A stretch of 64,000 nucleotides of DNA from Halobacteriaceae archaeon (GTDB lineage Archaea; Halobacteriota; Halobacteria; Halobacteriales; Halobacteriaceae): the NCBI GenBank assembly GCA_042216675.1, contig JBDGTS010000003.1, forward strand, positions 45,227 to 109,226. The letters are read 5' to 3'. Both the position numbers and the translations under genes were made by a program. Under the pieces are notes generated by a model. The model made no database searches, was not told where the DNA came from, and saw only the letters and a list, made by a program, of their open reading frames with translations. Shown in pieces: positions 50,571 through 60,152 of this stretch. Position 1 is the first letter of the stretch; each line of letters begins with the position of its first letter.

Positions 50571-51670
50571 TCGTCCTCCACGCGGGCGTCGGCGACGCGG
50601 AAGCCGCCGGTTTCGGCGCGCCCGGACATCTCGCGCTGGGGGAACGGAATCTTGATGTCTTCCTCGTCGAAGGCGGCCTTCACCTCTCGGATGACGGCCG
50701 TCCGGGCGCGCCAGCGCCGCCGGGCGCTCGGCTTGTCTATCCACACTCTGAGGCCCAGCACCACCGCCGAGTCGCCAAAGGACTTGGCGACGACCTGTGG
50801 CTGCGGGACCGAGAGGATTTTCTCCACGTTCCGGAGCGCACCCTCCGCCACGTCCATCGCCCTGTCGAGGTCCGTGGCGTAGTCCACGCCGACCTCTATC
50901 TGGAGGCGCAAGCGCCCCTTCCGCGAGCGGTTGACGACTTCGTTCGAGGCCACGAGGTCGTTTGGCACCATCACGTATTCGCCGTCGAACGTCTGGATGC
51001 GCGTGTTGACGATGGTGATGTCCGTAACGACGCCCTCGTTCTCGCCGACGACCACCCAGTCGCCGATTTCGAACGGGCGCGAGAACATCAACACGAATCC
51101 GGCGAGGAGGGCGCCGAGCGTCTGCCGCGCCGCCATGCCGACGACGATGCCGAGGAAGCCCGCGCCGACCAGCAGGCCGCCGAGGTTCACGCCCCAGATG
51201 CTCAACACGACGATGAGCGCGAACGCGTACAGCGTCACCTGCCCGGTGCGGAAGGCGACCTCTATCTGGTGTTTCGAGATGCCCTGTCGGCCCTCGGCGA
51301 ACTCCGACATCCCCCGGCGGACGAGGCGCGTAACGACGTAGACGGCGGAGAACAACACGAGAGTGAGGACCGCTTGCGCGCCGAACAGCCAGCCCCGCGT
51401 CTTGATCTGTGAGAGCGTGGCGCTGACGCCGGGACTCGCCGCCCAGACCCGGAGCAGGACGGCGCTCGCCAGCACCGTCGCCCCGAGAATCAGGACGCCG
51501 GCCGCGGCGTTGGCGGCGCCGACGCCGATTCGCTCGCGGGCCCAGTCCAGCGACCGGCGGACGAGCCAGATGACCGCGGCGAGCGACACCGCGACGACGG
51601 CGGAGGCGACGATGCGGTCCGCCGGCGTCGCGACGAACTGATCCAGAAGCGAGAGGGCCGAGTCGAACAT
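50567..51670 (-). CDS. MscS family mechanosensitive channel
   Basis: GAGFLGIVVGMAA, RPFEIGDW, VPN, IPFPQRE. Confidence 0.92.
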   Translation of the reverse strand: MFDSALSLLDQFVATPADRIVASAVVAVSLAAVIWLVRRSLDWARERIGVGAANAAAGVLILGATVLASAVLLRVWAASPGVSATLSQIKTRGWLFGAQAVLTLVLFSAVYVVTRLVRRGMSEFAEGRQGISKHQIEVAFRTGQVTLYAFALIVVLSIWGVNLGGLLVGAGFLGIVVGMAARQTLGALLAGFVLMFSRPFEIGDWVVVGENEGVVTDITIVNTRIQTFDGEYVMVPNDLVASNEVVNRSRKGRLRLQIEVGVDYATDLDRAMDVAEGALRNVEKILSVPQPQVVAKSFGDSAVVLGLRVWIDKPSARRRWRARTAVIREVKAAFDEEDIKIPFPQREMSGRAETGGFRVADARVEDE

Positions 51671-51673
51671 GCC

Positions 51674-52495
51674 TCAGTTCCCGACGGCGTCCGCTGTCGT
51701 CGCTACGGCGGCGAACTCGGCGGGTGCGAGCGACCCCGGTCGCCGCGACAGCGTCTCCTCGTCGAGCGCTTCCACCACCGCCTCGGGCGCCTCCAATCCC
51801 GAGATGTGTGCGGTGTTCCGCACGGCGTTCCGGAGCGTCTTCCGGCGTTGCGTGAACAGCGCCTTCACGAAGTCGAGGAAGAAGTCCTCGTCGTCCACCT
51901 CGTAGTCGGGGGTTCGCGGCGTCAGCGAGACGACGGCGCTGTCCACCCGTGGCTGAGGGTCGAACGCCGCTCTGGGCACCGTCTCCACCACCTCGACGGA
52001 CGCGTAGTGCTGGGCCGCGACGGAGAGGCGGCCGTACTCGGACGTGTCCGGGTCGGCGGCCATCCGTTCGGCGAACTCCCGCTGGTACATGAGGCACAGC
52101 GGCTTCCCGCGCGGAAGCAGGCGGAACGTGATTTCACTGGAGATGCTGTACGGCAGATTTGACACCGACACGTCGAAGTCCGGCAGGGCCACGTCGAGAG
52201 CGTCGCCCTCGATGACGGTGAGTGCGCCGGCAGTCCGTTCGTCGGCGAACTCCTCGCGGAGGAACGCCGCGAAGTCCGGGTCACGCTCCACCGCCGTCAC
52301 GTGGCCGGCGTCGGCGAGCAGGCGGTCCGTGAGCGCACCCGTGCCGGCGCCGATTTCGAGGACGTGTTGCCCCTCGACGTCGGCGTACGTCGGAATGCGG
52401 TCCAGCACCCGGTCGTCCACGAGGAAATGCTGGTCGTAGTTCGGATTCCCGGAGCCCGCACGAGCGATGAGGGCGTCCGGGTCGCGAGTCGTCAT
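51674..52495 (-). CDS. rsmA: 16S rRNA adenine dimethyltransferase
   Basis: QHFL, EIGAGTG, SNLPY, FDPQPRVDS, QRRKTLRN. Confidence 0.95.
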   Translation of the reverse strand: MTTRDPDALIARAGSGNPNYDQHFLVDDRVLDRIPTYADVEGQHVLEIGAGTGALTDRLLADAGHVTAVERDPDFAAFLREEFADERTAGALTVIEGDALDVALPDFDVSVSNLPYSISSEITFRLLPRGKPLCLMYQREFAERMAADPDTSEYGRLSVAAQHYASVEVVETVPRAAFDPQPRVDSAVVSLTPRTPDYEVDDEDFFLDFVKALFTQRRKTLRNAVRNTAHISGLEAPEAVVEALDEETLSRRPGSLAPAEFAAVATTADAVGN

Positions 52496-52527
52496 TAGCA
52501 TCTATTCGAGAGAGAGACGGGTAAAGC

Positions 52528-53097
52528 CTACGGGGACTCGACGAAGGTGTGATACTTCACGTCCTCGCCGCGCAGTTCCTCTAAGATGCGCTCGACGATT
52601 TTCTCCTTTGCGTCGTGAAGGCCGTCCACGCGCGATTCCACGTCCTCGAAGGAGTCAAACGGGCTGCGCTTTCGCTCGTCGAGGACGGCGTTCCGGAGAG
52701 TGTCACCGATGCCCGGCAGGAGGTCCAGTTGGTGGAGGCGGAGCGTGATGGGTTGGGCGTCGTTGTAGTAGTCGACGAATCGCTCTTCGTCGGCCTCGAC
52801 GATTTCGGCGACAGCGTACTCCAGTTCGGACTGGGCGCCGCCGGTTAGGTCGTCGTATCCGATTTCGTTCACGTCCGTGATGCCCTCGTCGCGTTCGTTG
52901 GGCGGCGAGACGACCACTCGGTCGCCGATGGTGATGCCGCTGTCGTCCGCGAGCGACATCTCGAAGCACCGAAACGACTGAATCCCGAGGGCGAGCGCGA
53001 CCGGCGACCGCTGGTACTGCGGACGCTCGTCTTCGGAGCGGCCGCGCGGGAGGAAATCGAGGACGACGGCCCTGACCGCGCTCTCGTCATCACTCAT
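52528..53097 (-). CDS. DUF655 domain protein
   Basis: VLDFLPRG, PITLRLHQLDLLPGIG; typical rpl21e-rpoF-DUF655-rsmA order. Confidence 0.9.
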   Translation of the reverse strand: MSDDESAVRAVVLDFLPRGRSEDERPQYQRSPVALALGIQSFRCFEMSLADDSGITIGDRVVVSPPNERDEGITDVNEIGYDDLTGGAQSELEYAVAEIVEADEERFVDYYNDAQPITLRLHQLDLLPGIGDTLRNAVLDERKRSPFDSFEDVESRVDGLHDAKEKIVERILEELRGEDVKYHTFVESP

Positions 53098-53135
53098 ACC
53101 CACCCGTACGCCGACGCCGAACTTAAAAAGTCGCC

Positions 53136-53489
53136 TCAGGCGTACTTGACGATGACGTCGAGAATCTCGTCGAGTTCGTCAGCAGAGAGGGAGAACCGCT
53201 CCTGCGCGTAGACGGCCCGGAGTTCGTCACGGCTCTGGGGCAGGAGGTCCGCGAGCTTGTACGCCGTCTTCTCCTCGACCTTTTCGAGGGCGGCGAGTTC
53301 CTCGACCAGTTCCGCCGCCTCCTCGGGTTCGAGGGTGGCGAAGCGGTTGGTGTGGTCGATGGCGCGAGCGAGTTCGTAGCGCAGTTCGCGCTCGTCGGCC
53401 GCGCGCTCGGCCTCCACGTCGGCGAGGACGCGTTTGGCCTCCGCGACCGTCACGAACTCCTCGCTGACTTTCTCCTTGAAGATGGTCAT
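53136..53489 (-). CDS. rpoF: RNA polymerase subunit F (Rpo4)
   Basis: [23 protein letters not shown]. Confidence 0.93.
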   Translation of the reverse strand: MTIFKEKVSEEFVTVAEAKRVLADVEAERAADERELRYELARAIDHTNRFATLEPEEAAELVEELAALEKVEEKTAYKLADLLPQSRDELRAVYAQERFSLSADELDEILDVIVKYA

Positions 53490-53779
53490 TCCTGCTGTGC
53501 GCGGATGTGAGCGGGCTTGACGATGAGCGTCTTCGTCTTCCCGCTGTCGTCGACTTCGACCTTGTAGGCCGCACCCTGCTCACCGACGACGACGCCGGTC
53601 TTCCCGTTGAACTTGGGGTGGAAGCGCCCGTCGGGGACGCTGGGGTCGATTTTGACGTGGACCTTCTCGCCTTCCTCGAAGGTCTCGACCGCGCGCTGGG
53701 GCGGGGACGTACCCCGCTCTCGCGGGTCGTTCTTCAACTTCCCTTTCGTCTTCTTGAGGGGCCCGTCGGAACTCGGCAT
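53486..53779 (-). CDS. rpl21e: 50S ribosomal protein L21e
   Basis: [19 protein letters not shown]. Confidence 0.96.
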   Translation of the reverse strand: MPSSDGPLKKTKGKLKNDPRERGTSPPQRAVETFEEGEKVHVKIDPSVPDGRFHPKFNGKTGVVVGEQGAAYKVEVDDSGKTKTLIVKPAHIRAQQE

Positions 53780-53830
53780 GTGACCTTCGTAGCCGCGACG
53801 GCCTAATAAAACGTGCGTTCCGCGACCGGA

Positions 53831-54097
53831 TTACAGGCGACCGACGCTCTCGACGGAGACGCTCTCGACGTCTTCCACGTCGCGGAAGGCCTCCTCGACG
53901 GCCTCGGTGCCGCCGGCTTCGTCGGCGACGATGACGGTCGGGAGCAGTGCGACGAGGCCGAAGGCCACGTCGTCACGCTCGAAGCCCTGAATCTCGGCGC
54001 CCTCGGGGAGCGAGTCGGCGAGACGCTCCTCGAGTTCGTCGAGGTCGATTTCCGGGTTCTGCGGCATGACCTTGAGTTGCGCGGCGACTTTCCCCAT
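53831..54097 (-). CDS. ef1b: elongation factor 1-beta
   Basis: [13 protein letters not shown]. Confidence 0.95.
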   Translation of the reverse strand: MGKVAAQLKVMPQNPEIDLDELEERLADSLPEGAEIQGFERDDVAFGLVALLPTVIVADEAGGTEAVEEAFRDVEDVESVSVESVGRL

Positions 54098-54099
54098 CG

Positions 54100-54282
54100 T
54101 TAGGGCCCCCGGAAACCACAGTCAGGACACTCGTAGAGGTTGCTCTGCTTGCGGCACTTCGCACAGCGGTAGATGCCGTGGCCGCACTTCGGGCAGTCGA
54201 ACGCCGCGGCGTTCGTGCCGGAAATGTTGATCCCACAGGAGATACACCGGCGTTCGGTGGTCGTGGTGTCGCTCTCGCTCAT
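54100..54282 (-). CDS. HVO_2753-family zinc-finger protein
   Basis: CISCG...CPKCG...RCAKCR...CPDCGFRGP. Confidence 0.92.
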   Translation of the reverse strand: MSESDTTTTERRCISCGINISGTNAAAFDCPKCGHGIYRCAKCRKQSNLYECPDCGFRGP

Positions 54283-54389
54283 ACCCCTGTTTCCGTCTCG
54301 CGGGTTTTAACGGTTGTCAAATGCCCCGGGGTCGGCGCGCCCGCCCCGCATCGCGTGGGTTTAAACGCCGTCGCCGGCTACCAGCGTCC

Positions 54390-55229
54390 ATGACAGAGGA
54401 CACCGGCTGGTTCGAGGGGGTGGCGCCCGGCGACGCCGCGGCCGGCGCCGACCGAATCGAGTCCGGTCGGGCCGACGCGCCCGCCGACTGGCCCGCCCGA
54501 GCGGTCGCCGCGGGGTTCGCCGAGGACGAGGCCGACTACTACAGCACGCTCCACGACGTGGCCGTGGAAGCGACGCGCGAGGCGGTCACGGCCGCCGAAT
54601 CCGCCGACGACAGGCAACTCGTGCACGCCGTTCGTGCCATGGACGACGCCGCGAGCGCCGCGAACGAACTCGCGGAACGCGTCGGCGAGTGGGCGGGGAC
54701 CCGCGACGCGGATGCCGACACGACCATCGCGTACGCCCGGTCGCTGGCCAACCGTGACCCCGAGGACGCCGTGGACCGCCGCCTCGTCTCGCTGGCGGCC
54801 CGCGTCGCGGCACTCGCCGACGAGCGAGACGACCTGCGCGCGTTCGTCGAGCGACGCGCCCCGGAGGTGGCTCCCAATCTGACCGCCCTCGCCGGCCCGG
54901 TGCTGGCGGCTCGTCTCGTCGCACTCGCGGGTGGACTGGAGGACCTCGCGAAGATGCCCAGTGGCACCGTGCAGGTACTTGGAGCCGAGGACGCCCTCTT
55001 CGCACACCTCCGTGGCGAGGCGCCCTCCCCGAAGCACGGCGTCATCTTCACGCACGAGTACGTCCGCGACACTCGCGCGGAGGACCGCGGCTCGGCGGCC
55101 CGAGCGCTCGCCGGCAAACTCTCTATTGCGGCCCGCATCGACCACTACGCAGGCGACAGGCGCCCCGAACTCGAAGCCGAACTGGACGAGCGAATCGCCA
55201 CCATCCGCGCCCGGGGTGACGACGAATGA
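54390..55229 (+). CDS. nop5: Nop5/Nop56 family C/D RNP protein
   Basis: APNL, PSGTVQVLGAE, PKHG, LAGKLSIAARID. Confidence 0.93.
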   Translation: MTEDTGWFEGVAPGDAAAGADRIESGRADAPADWPARAVAAGFAEDEADYYSTLHDVAVEATREAVTAAESADDRQLVHAVRAMDDAASAANELAERVGEWAGTRDADADTTIAYARSLANRDPEDAVDRRLVSLAARVAALADERDDLRAFVERRAPEVAPNLTALAGPVLAARLVALAGGLEDLAKMPSGTVQVLGAEDALFAHLRGEAPSPKHGVIFTHEYVRDTRAEDRGSAARALAGKLSIAARIDHYAGDRRPELEAELDERIATIRARGDDE

Positions 55230-55855
55230 CGCTCCCCGACGGCGTCGAGCGACACGAGTTCGACGGCGAGGAGAGCGTCGCGACGCGCGGCGACCCCGTC
55301 TACGGCGAACCGACCGACGGCCCGTGGCGGCGCTGGGACCCCCACCGCTCGAAACTCGGCGCGGCCCTCGAACTGGGCGTCGAGACTGGCCTCGAACACG
55401 GCGCGGGCGTCCTCTATCTCGGTGCCGCGAGCGGAACCACCGTCAGTCACGTCGCGGACGTGGCCGGACCCACCTACGCCGTCGAGTTCGCGCCGCGCCC
55501 GGCGCGGGACTTGCTCGACGCCGCGGCGTCTCGACCCAATCTTTTCCCACTCCTCAAAGACGCGCGCCGCCCCGAGACGTACGCGCACGTCGTCGAGGCG
55601 GACCTCGACCTGTTGGTGCAGGACGTGGCGACGCGCGGGCAGGCCCGCGTCGCCGTCGAGAACCGACAGTTCCTCGCCGACGACGCCACCCTCGTCGCGG
55701 CCATCAAGGCCAGAAGCGAGGACGTGACCCGCGACCCCGAGGACGTGTTCGCGGACGCACTCGACACGCTGGAGGCGGCGTACGAAATCGAGGACGCCCA
55801 ACGGCTCGACCGCTACCACGTGGACCACCTGCTCGTCGTCGCCACGCCGCGCTGA
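55226..55855 (+). CDS. flpA: fibrillarin-like rRNA/tRNA 2'-O-methyltransferase
   Basis: VYGE, RSKL, YLGAASGTTVSH, YAVEFA. Confidence 0.95.
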   Translation: MTLPDGVERHEFDGEESVATRGDPVYGEPTDGPWRRWDPHRSKLGAALELGVETGLEHGAGVLYLGAASGTTVSHVADVAGPTYAVEFAPRPARDLLDAAASRPNLFPLLKDARRPETYAHVVEADLDLLVQDVATRGQARVAVENRQFLADDATLVAAIKARSEDVTRDPEDVFADALDTLEAAYEIEDAQRLDRYHVDHLLVVATPR

Positions 55856-55898
55856 GTGGCGCAACGGGTAAATGTCTGCGTGCCAAACAGTACCAATA

Positions 55899-56006
55899 GG
55901 CCACCCGGGACTCGCGGGGCACAGACGCCGCCGGCACGGCGTGTCGAGTCATGGTTGGCCTGCCGGCGGCGTGAGAGCGTCCCGGGTCGGCCGGCATATG
56001 CTTTCT
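55899..56006 (+). ncRNA. candidate structured small RNA (long hairpin)
   Basis: 9-bp and 12-bp perfect stems, followed by a pyrimidine tract; no credible ORF. Confidence 0.4.
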
Positions 56007-56063
56007 GGAGGCACGACCCTGCGTCCGGAACTATTTATTGTACCCCCGCGGAACCAACGGGCG

Positions 56064-57131
56064 ATGGGTTCGGCTGACGCGTTCACCGAGTTCGGGACGC
56101 TCGGCATCGAGGAGGAGTTCTTCGTCGTGGACGCGGCGGGCCGGCCGACGGCGGGGACCGACAAACTGGTGTACGGGAGCGACCCGCCCGCGCCGCTGGC
56201 GGGCCGTCTCGACCACGAACTGTTCAAGTGCGTCATCGAGACGCAGACGCCCACCCTCGACGGGCCGGCGGAGGCACGCGACGCCCTGATCGAGGTTCGG
56301 GAGGCGTTAGTGGACCACGCGACTGCCCACGGCTACGACGTCGCGGCGGCGGGTCTCCATCCCGCCGCCCGGTGGCGTGAACTCGAACACGCCGAGAAGC
56401 CCCGCTATCGCGCCCAACTCGACCGGATTCAGTATCCACAGCATCGGAACACCACGACGGGCCTCCACGTCCACGTCGGCGTCGACGACCCGGACAAGGC
56501 AGTCTGGGTCGCCAACGAGATTCGCTGGCACCTCCCAGTGATGCTGGCGCTCTCCGCGAACTCGCCGTACTGGAACGGCTTCGACACGGGCCTGCAGTCC
56601 GCCCGCGCCAAGATATTCGAGGCCCTCCCCAACACCGGGATGCCGACCGCGTTCGACTCCTACGACGACTTCGCCGAGGTGGAGGAACTGATGGTCGAGA
56701 CGGGGTCGATAAACGACCGCGGCGAACTGTGGTGGGACGTGCGTCCCCACTCCGAGCACGGCACCGTCGAGGTGCGGACCCCCGACGCGCAGGCGGACCC
56801 GGACCGGGTCCACGCTTTCGTCGAGTACGTCCACGCCCTCGTCGTGGACCTCGCGGAGCGATACGAGGACGGCGAGTCGGGGCGACGGCTCCGCCGGGAA
56901 CTTCTCGACGAGAACAAGTGGCGCGCGATGCGCCACGGCCACGACGCCTCGTTCATCCGGCGTGACCGGGATGGGGTCGTGGACCTCGGCACCGTCGTGG
57001 ACCGGGTTGCCGACCGCCTCGACCTCACCGGTATCCGGAAGCTATACGCGCGCGAGAGCGGCGCGCAGCGCCAACGCCGCCTCCGCGAGGAGGAGGGGCC
57101 CGAGGCCCTGTACGACTCACTCCGGCTGTAG
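56064..57131 (+). CDS. gshA: glutamate--cysteine ligase (GCS2/YbdK family)
   Basis: [32 protein letters not shown]. Confidence 0.9.
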   Translation: MGSADAFTEFGTLGIEEEFFVVDAAGRPTAGTDKLVYGSDPPAPLAGRLDHELFKCVIETQTPTLDGPAEARDALIEVREALVDHATAHGYDVAAAGLHPAARWRELEHAEKPRYRAQLDRIQYPQHRNTTTGLHVHVGVDDPDKAVWVANEIRWHLPVMLALSANSPYWNGFDTGLQSARAKIFEALPNTGMPTAFDSYDDFAEVEELMVETGSINDRGELWWDVRPHSEHGTVEVRTPDAQADPDRVHAFVEYVHALVVDLAERYEDGESGRRLRRELLDENKWRAMRHGHDASFIRRDRDGVVDLGTVVDRVADRLDLTGIRKLYARESGAQRQRRLREEEGPEALYDSLRL

Positions 57132-57176
57132 CGAAGGTTTTTGTGTCCGAGTTGCTTGTGTCCCACCAGAAACGAC

Positions 57177-57626
57177 ATGTCCCGGGACCACTCGGACGCT
57201 GACGACACCGACCGGGCCGGTTCGGAGTTCGACGAGCGAGCGGTCGACATCTTGTCGTGGCTCCTCGACACCGAAACCCGGGCCCGCATCTACGTCCATC
57301 TCCACGAGGAACCGTGGAGCACGAGCGAGGAAGTCGCAACCGGCACCGGTCTGTATCCGAGCACGGTGCGCGAAGCGCTCGCCTCGATGGCCGAGGACGG
57401 CGTCCTCTCGCGCCGGAAGCGCGAGAGTGAGGGTGCCGGCAACAACCCCTACGAGTACCGGGCCATCCCGCCGAGCGACCTCGTCCGCGACACCGTCGGC
57501 GACGTGCAGGCGCAACTGAACACGCTCTGCAACCTCGACTCGCTGTCGGGTGAGGAGCGCGAGTCGGAGTCCGAACCCGTACACATCGAGGTCGAGAGCG
57601 GCGACGACGACGCGAACCCGAACTGA
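57177..57626 (+). CDS. winged-helix transcriptional regulator
   Basis: LDTETRARIY, GTGLYPSTVRE, GAGNNPYEY. Confidence 0.85.
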   Translation: MSRDHSDADDTDRAGSEFDERAVDILSWLLDTETRARIYVHLHEEPWSTSEEVATGTGLYPSTVREALASMAEDGVLSRRKRESEGAGNNPYEYRAIPPSDLVRDTVGDVQAQLNTLCNLDSLSGEERESESEPVHIEVESGDDDANPN

Positions 57627-57654
57627 TAAGCGGCGCCACGGGCACGTCGGGGAT

Positions 57655-58146
57655 ATGCAGGTGGCCCTCGGCGGCACGTTCGACCCGGTACACGACGGTC
57701 ACCGCGTCCTCTTCGAACGCGCGTTCGAACTCGGCGACGTGACGGTCGGCCTGACGAGCGACGCCCTCGCGCCGAAGACGCGCTCGACCGACCGCTACGT
57801 GCGGCCGTACGAGGAGCGGGAACAGGATTTGCGGGACGAACTGCGCCCCCTCGCGGAGCGCGCCGACCGCGAGTTCACGATTCGCACCTTGGAGGAACCG
57901 ACCGGCATCGCGACCGAACCCCAGTTCGACGCGCTCGTCGTCTCACCCGAGACTGAGCCGACGGCCCACCGCATCAACGAGATTCGGGAGGACCGCAGCC
58001 TCGACCCGCTCCGCATCGAAGTCGTGAACCACGTCCTCGCCGACGACGGCGACCCGATTTCGAGTACGCGCATCGTCCGCGGCGAAATCGACGAACACGG
58101 CTCGTTCACGCCCGACCGGGAGGGGCGCCCCCCCGAGCGAGCGTAG
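57655..58146 (+). CDS. coaD: phosphopantetheine adenylyltransferase
   Basis: GGTFDPVHDGH, VVSPET, ISSTRI. Confidence 0.93.
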   Translation: MQVALGGTFDPVHDGHRVLFERAFELGDVTVGLTSDALAPKTRSTDRYVRPYEEREQDLRDELRPLAERADREFTIRTLEEPTGIATEPQFDALVVSPETEPTAHRINEIREDRSLDPLRIEVVNHVLADDGDPISSTRIVRGEIDEHGSFTPDREGRPPERA

Positions 58147-58455
58147 TCACCACGTCGGCGGTTCGAACCCGGCCTCCCGTAACACGTCCTTCCAGCGCTC
58201 CTGCACGGCGAGTCGCGACGCCCCGACGGCGTCGGCCACGTCGCCCTGCGACCGCTCGTCGCCGGCGATGAGCGCCCCTGCGTAGATGCTCGCCGCCAGC
58301 GCCGCGCGCTTCGAGCGCTCGCGGTCCGGCATCGTCGAGAGAAACAGGTCGCCGGCCGTCGAGCGGGCTTCGTCGTCGAGGTCCAGTTCCGTCGCCGCGT
58401 CGTCGAGGGCGGCCAGCCACTCCTCGTTGTCCACGGCGTCGCTGGCGCGGTACAT
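58147..58455 (-). CDS. TFIIB/cyclin-fold small protein
   Basis: 102 aa; LAASIYAG, RSQGDVADAVG. Confidence 0.8.
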   Translation of the reverse strand: MYRASDAVDNEEWLAALDDAATELDLDDEARSTAGDLFLSTMPDRERSKRAALAASIYAGALIAGDERSQGDVADAVGASRLAVQERWKDVLREAGFEPPTW

Positions 58456-58533
58456 GGCCGGGAATTGGCCCCCAGCCGCTAAACCGTTTTGGAGCGTTAG
58501 GTTCTTGGCGCCCTCGGGCGGACGTGGAAGTGC

Positions 58534-58618
58534 GCGCGGGTAGCCAAGCCTGGCCAACGGCGCAGCGCTTAGGACGCTGTCCCGGAGGGGTCCGCAGGTT
58601 CGAATCCTGTCCCGCGCA
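58534..58618 (+). tRNA. tRNA-Leu(TAG)
   Basis: Acceptor GCGCGGG/CCCGCGC, anticodon arm CAGCG-CTTAGGA-CGCTG, long variable arm. Confidence 0.95.
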
Positions 58619-58733
58619 GTGAGCGAGGGAGCGACGCGACCGAGCGAACGAGCAGGCACGGATTCGAATGAGAGAACGCCAAGCGACGCGAGGCGTTCGC
58701 GTGGTTCGAATCCTGTCCCGCGCAGTGAGCGAG
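58597..58733 (+). repeat. 31-bp direct repeat of the tRNA-Leu 3' end and trailer
   Basis: GGTTCGAATCCTGTCCCGCGCAGTGAGCGAG at 58597-58627 and 58703-58733. Confidence 0.92.
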
Positions 58734-58939
58734 CGAAGAGAGCGAGGGGCAGTCACCGTCCCATCCATCGAATTTTCGCGGCGGAACGCACTCGAAACCG
58801 CACAATCGAACACCGAAGCCGAAAGTGTGGAACCACTCGACCAGGATACCGGAATCAGAAACGACTGAAGTTCTCCTAATCCCGAATATAGGCGACCATT
58901 CATCCAAAACACTTTTACCACGTGGCCGAACAGTCAGAT

Positions 58940-59098
58940 ATGGCCGAACATCGTCGGCGGACGTCGGTATCGACCCACACGGAACTCGCACACGCCCGGG
59001 TCCGGTGTCCGTCGTGCGGACGGACGGCGTCTGCCGCCCGGAGGCGCGGCCGCGGGGAGCGCTGTGCCGACTGCCGAACGAGCGGGGGGGAGGGATGA
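58940..59098 (+). CDS. small CPxCG-type zinc-finger protein (52 aa)
   Basis: MAEHRRRTSVSTHTELAHARVRCPSCGRTASAARRRGRGERCADCRTSGGEG; TTTTAC box about 22 nt upstream; stop overlaps next ATG. Confidence 0.6.
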   Translation: MAEHRRRTSVSTHTELAHARVRCPSCGRTASAARRRGRGERCADCRTSGGEG

Positions 59099-59283
59099 GC
59101 GCCGCCGAGGACGCCGCGAGCGCTCGCGGCCCGAGCGCTCGTCCCGTCGGACTCGAATGCATGTACGACGACTCGGAGAACCCCTCCGAACTGACGCTCT
59201 ACGAACCGGAGTCCGAGTCGCCCGCCACCGAGTGGCTCACCGTCGACGCGGCGACGGCGGTCACGCTCGACGAGATGCGGTAA
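59095..59283 (+). CDS. small acidic haloarchaeal hypothetical protein (DUF7511-like)
   Basis: ELTLYEP...TEWLTVD...VTLDEMR pattern. Confidence 0.7.
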   Translation: MSAAEDAASARGPSARPVGLECMYDDSENPSELTLYEPESESPATEWLTVDAATAVTLDEMR

Positions 59284-59341
59284 TCACGCGACGAAAACCG
59301 CCCCACAACGCTTTTCACCGCACGTAGAGAGGTTTCGTCAA

Positions 59342-60151
59342 ATGGCTTCCGTCCGGGACCTCGCCGAGGACCTCGTCACTGACGTGGACGCGCTGTTGGT
59401 GTTCTCCCCGAGCAGTTCCTACTACGAGCGGTGTGCGGACCTCGACCTCGACGTCCTCGTCGTCGACGTGGAGAACAAGGTCGGCGCGGCCCAGTTCGTC
59501 GAACTGCCTCTCGCCTTCGAGGACGTCCAAGAGCGCATCCGCTTCGGCGTCGAAGGCGCTATCGACAGCGGCCTCATCGAGGACGGCGACGAGGTGGCGT
59601 GTGCGACCGGCGTCTTCGACTCGGAGATCGACGCCGTCGTGCGCGTCCGTGCCACGGAGTCCCTGCGAACGGGCGTCTACGGTCTGTTCGTGGACTCCCG
59701 GGCGGACCCGAGCGTCATTCGGGACGTGCTCGAAGTCGCCATCGAACTCGGGAAGAAGGGGCAGAAAGGCAAGAGCGTCGGCGCCCTGTTCGTCGTCGGC
59801 GACGCGGGCAAGGTGATGAACAAGTCCCGCGCGCTCTCCTACAACCCCTTCGAGAAGTCCCACGTCCACGTCGGCGACCCCATCGTGACGGTGATGCTCA
59901 AGGAGTTCTCGCGTCTCGACGGGGCCTTCGTCATCTCGGACTCGGGCAAAATCGTGAGTGCCTACCGCTACCTCGAACCCGCGGCCGAGGGCGTCGAGAT
60001 TCCGAAGGGGCTCGGGGCACGACATATGGCGGCCGGTGCAATCACGCGGGACACGAACGCCATCGCAATCGCCCTGAGCGAGAGCGACGGCCTCGTGCGG
60101 GCGTTCAAGGGCGGGGAACTCGTCCTCGAACTCGACCCGGAGGCGTACTAG
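59342..60151 (+). CDS. dacZ: diadenylate cyclase
   Basis: GALFVVGD, RLDGAF, GLGARH, SESDG. Confidence 0.93.
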   Translation: MASVRDLAEDLVTDVDALLVFSPSSSYYERCADLDLDVLVVDVENKVGAAQFVELPLAFEDVQERIRFGVEGAIDSGLIEDGDEVACATGVFDSEIDAVVRVRATESLRTGVYGLFVDSRADPSVIRDVLEVAIELGKKGQKGKSVGALFVVGDAGKVMNKSRALSYNPFEKSHVHVGDPIVTVMLKEFSRLDGAFVISDSGKIVSAYRYLEPAAEGVEIPKGLGARHMAAGAITRDTNAIAIALSESDGLVRAFKGGELVLELDPEAY

Positions 60152-60152
60152 G

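Noticed and set aside
49995-52097. Apparent 700-aa HemK fusion (similar cases at 3233-5338, 13075-14253, 18376-19923, 34655-35989, 36136-37770)
   Set aside because: The upstream parts overlap other genes in another frame or strand, unlike the hisS extension, which occupies otherwise empty sequence.
58597-58733. Provirus or CRISPR interpretation of the direct repeat
   Set aside because: Only two copies 75 bp apart, tRNA-derived, with no integrase or cas genes.
58750-58910. Lower-GC, A-rich stretch after the tRNA repeat
   Set aside because: No ORF, structure or IS ends recognisable; likely a spacer or promoter region.
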